The notes under the pieces: model-generated
The model's input: the letters and a program-made list of their open reading frames with translations, nothing else
Told to the model about the DNA's origin: nothing
The model's database searches: none
Program-made: the position numbers and the translations under genes
Part shown: positions 40,841 to 42,188 of the stretch, in pieces
Position numbering within the stretch: position 1 is the stretch's first letter
How the letters are laid out: every line of letters starts with the position of its first letter
Source: a virus
Strand: one strand, 5' to 3'
Length of the DNA stretch: 42,188 nucleotides
IMG/VR virus record: IMGVR_UViG_3300033489_000136
Coordinates: 1 to 42,188 of that record

Positions 40841-42188
40841 ATGCCTTTAGAGGATATTGCACCAAAGGTTAAGAAGCCTACTGTTTCCTTTGGCTTAGGG
40901 CAGGAAGAGCCGAAGAAGGAAGAGACTACAACTCCGACTGATGCTACAAAGTTGCCTGAGACTGTTCAGCCTACCGAATACTTTGAAGGGTATAAATGGC
41001 AACTGGAAAGATGGTCTTTGCGTGCTGCTGACTGGAATGCTATTGTTACGAAGGCTTATAAAGACATAGAAGTTCTTACAGGTGCTATTAGGAATCCTCT
41101 GACTCTGTGGTTCAGGAGAAGCCAGTACCAGCGGAACTTAAAGCAGCGCCAGGCAGACCTTGATGCTGCTCTACAACAGCTAGCAGGCATGGAGTGGAGG
41201 CTTCAGGTTCTGCACACTTTGCCAGCATACTTTGCAAGCACTAAATTTACTATAAATAATCTAGATGATGTGATGAATCTCATTCCTAATGAGTTAGCCA
41301 GTGACATTGACATGGACTGGTTGCAGGATACTTATGACCGAATGAGCTATCTAAACAATAAACTACCAGAGGAATATGAAGGCTCGGTGTCTGAAAGCCA
41401 AGAGATGATTCTTAATGAGATATTAAAAGAGCCTAAGCTAGAGACTAAGTCTCTGCATAATCTAACGGTAGACGAGTTGGCTAAGTACTTTACTCCAATG
41501 GCTGCGGAACTGCCAGAGAGTATGACAATAGAGCAGGTACGTAGCGTCTTGTCTCGTGTTGAACTTGACTCTGAAGCGGATATAGAGCTATCTGCTTGGC
41601 TTATTGGTAGAGCTAGAGATTGGGCAGTAGAGACTGATAGGCTTAATCTTATCAAGGCAGGCATTACTGAGACTGCTGATATTGATTTGACTCCAAGCGA
41701 GTTCTTCAACGCCCTGCTTGTTCAACCTTTCATGGCAACAACTGAACTGTTGGATAAGTACTTTAGTCTAGTTGCTAGACCTTTAGCTGGCGCTGCTGTC
41801 ATAGGATTTCATAGACTATTCAACACTCCTGAAGATACAATGGCTGCCGAGATGTCCCGAAAGTATGATGCCTACCGAGAGAGTGGCGAAAACGCTTGGA
41901 ATTCCTTATCCTTAGCAGTTAGTGAGACCGAGATGCCTTGGTATACTCGGATGCTTATCGAAGGAGCCTTTGACCCAACTACATACATAGGTATAGGTAT
42001 AGCTCCTGCTCTTGCAACTAAAGCGGGAACAATGCTTACCAAGATAGGTGTAAGAGGACTAGGAACAAGAATTGGACCTTTTGTAGCATCAGTCGAGAAT
42101 GGCTATGTTCGAGGAGCAGATGCTCTGTTCCGAGCAGGAGTAGAACTGGTAGTATCTCCTATTAAGGGCAGCTTCTGGCTTGCGGGTG
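40841..42188 (+). CDS. Giant virion-associated multidomain protein, N-terminal part (runs off the window and continues at nt 128 via the circular junction)
   Basis: ATG 40841 lies 5 nt after AGGAGG. I read no stop codon in this frame through 42188. The last 127 nt duplicate nt 1-127. Confidence 0.8.
   Translation, partial: MPLEDIAPKVKKPTVSFGLGQEEPKKEETTTPTDATKLPETVQPTEYFEGYKWQLERWSLRAADWNAIVTKAYKDIEVLTGAIRNPLTLWFRRSQYQRNLKQRQADLDAALQQLAGMEWRLQVLHTLPAYFASTKFTINNLDDVMNLIPNELASDIDMDWLQDTYDRMSYLNNKLPEEYEGSVSESQEMILNEILKEPKLETKSLHNLTVDELAKYFTPMAAELPESMTIEQVRSVLSRVELDSEADIELSAWLIGRARDWAVETDRLNLIKAGITETADIDLTPSEFFNALLVQPFMATTELLDKYFSLVARPLAGAAVIGFHRLFNTPEDTMAAEMSRKYDAYRESGENAWNSLSLAVSETEMPWYTRMLIEGAFDPTTYIGIGIAPALATKAGTMLTKIGVRGLGTRIGPFVASVENGYVRGADALFRAGVELVVSPIKGSFWLAG
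42062..42188. repeat. Terminal direct repeat (right copy)
   Basis: Identical to nt 1-127. Confidence 0.9.

Noticed and set aside
1-42188. Genome-wide stop-codon reassignment (TAG recoding) as the explanation for the in-frame TM extension at 34372-34509.
   Set aside because: TAG terminates several well-defined genes (capsid 7875, fibre 12384, portal 40831, 17563), each directly followed by an RBS and the next gene. Any readthrough would therefore be local.
1-42188. tRNA, rRNA, tmRNA, CRISPR array, DGR (reverse transcriptase plus template/variable repeats) and integrase/att sites.
   Set aside because: No cloverleaf-like segments appear in the few non-coding gaps. No regularly spaced 25-40-bp direct repeats are present. 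No reverse-transcriptase (YxDD) or tyrosine/serine recombinase motifs were seen in any ORF. This was inspection by eye only, with no search tool.

Overview
This window looks like one complete, circularly closed tailed-phage genome. Nt 1-127 are identical to nt 42062-42188, so the unique length is 42,061 bp.

Gene layout:
- Plus strand (36394 -> contig junction -> 17563), the virion and packaging module: putative small terminase, an Arg-rich micro-protein, a membrane protein, large terminase and portal. Next comes a giant 2,406-codon ORF that crosses the contig junction, then scaffold, major capsid protein and about 15 capsid, tail and fibre genes. The module ends in a membrane (holin-like) protein.
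- Minus strand (36204 -> 17728), the early and replication module. Many tiny genes come first, including a swarm of Cys4 zinc-ribbon proteins and 25-57 aa peptides.
- The minus-strand replication genes follow: a RepA/AAA_25-type helicase, a Cas4-like PD-(D/E)XK exonuclease, a Sak4/AAA_24-like ATPase, an RNase H-like protein, an ERCC4/XPF-like nuclease, two HNH endonucleases, an [S/D/N]PPY methyltransferase, dCMP deaminase, family A DNA polymerase and an ASCH-like protein.

Expression signals:
- They look bacterial. Ten near-consensus sigma70 promoters (TTGACA-N17/18-TGnTATAAT) and strong GGAGG ribosome-binding sites are visible.
- No tRNA, rRNA, CRISPR array, integrase, recognisable endolysin, primase or phage RNA polymerase could be seen by eye.

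Most notable observations:
- Two LAGLIDADG-type inteins. One sits in the giant virion protein, an unusual host for an intein, and one in the Cas4-like nuclease.
- The giant portal-adjacent protein itself.
- A dense palindrome/operator cluster at 34080-34225 that includes GAAC-N4-GTTC (LexA-box-like) sites.
- Promoter sub-families that share conserved spacer motifs.
- A transmembrane segment in frame behind a single TAG stop.
- A 316-nt two-frame overlap that contains an in-frame CCCAAAG heptamer.
- Several moron-like early genes: an AT-rich island, a GC-richer stand-alone unit and a very acidic candidate DNA mimic.

All functional calls come from reading motifs by eye, without database searches.
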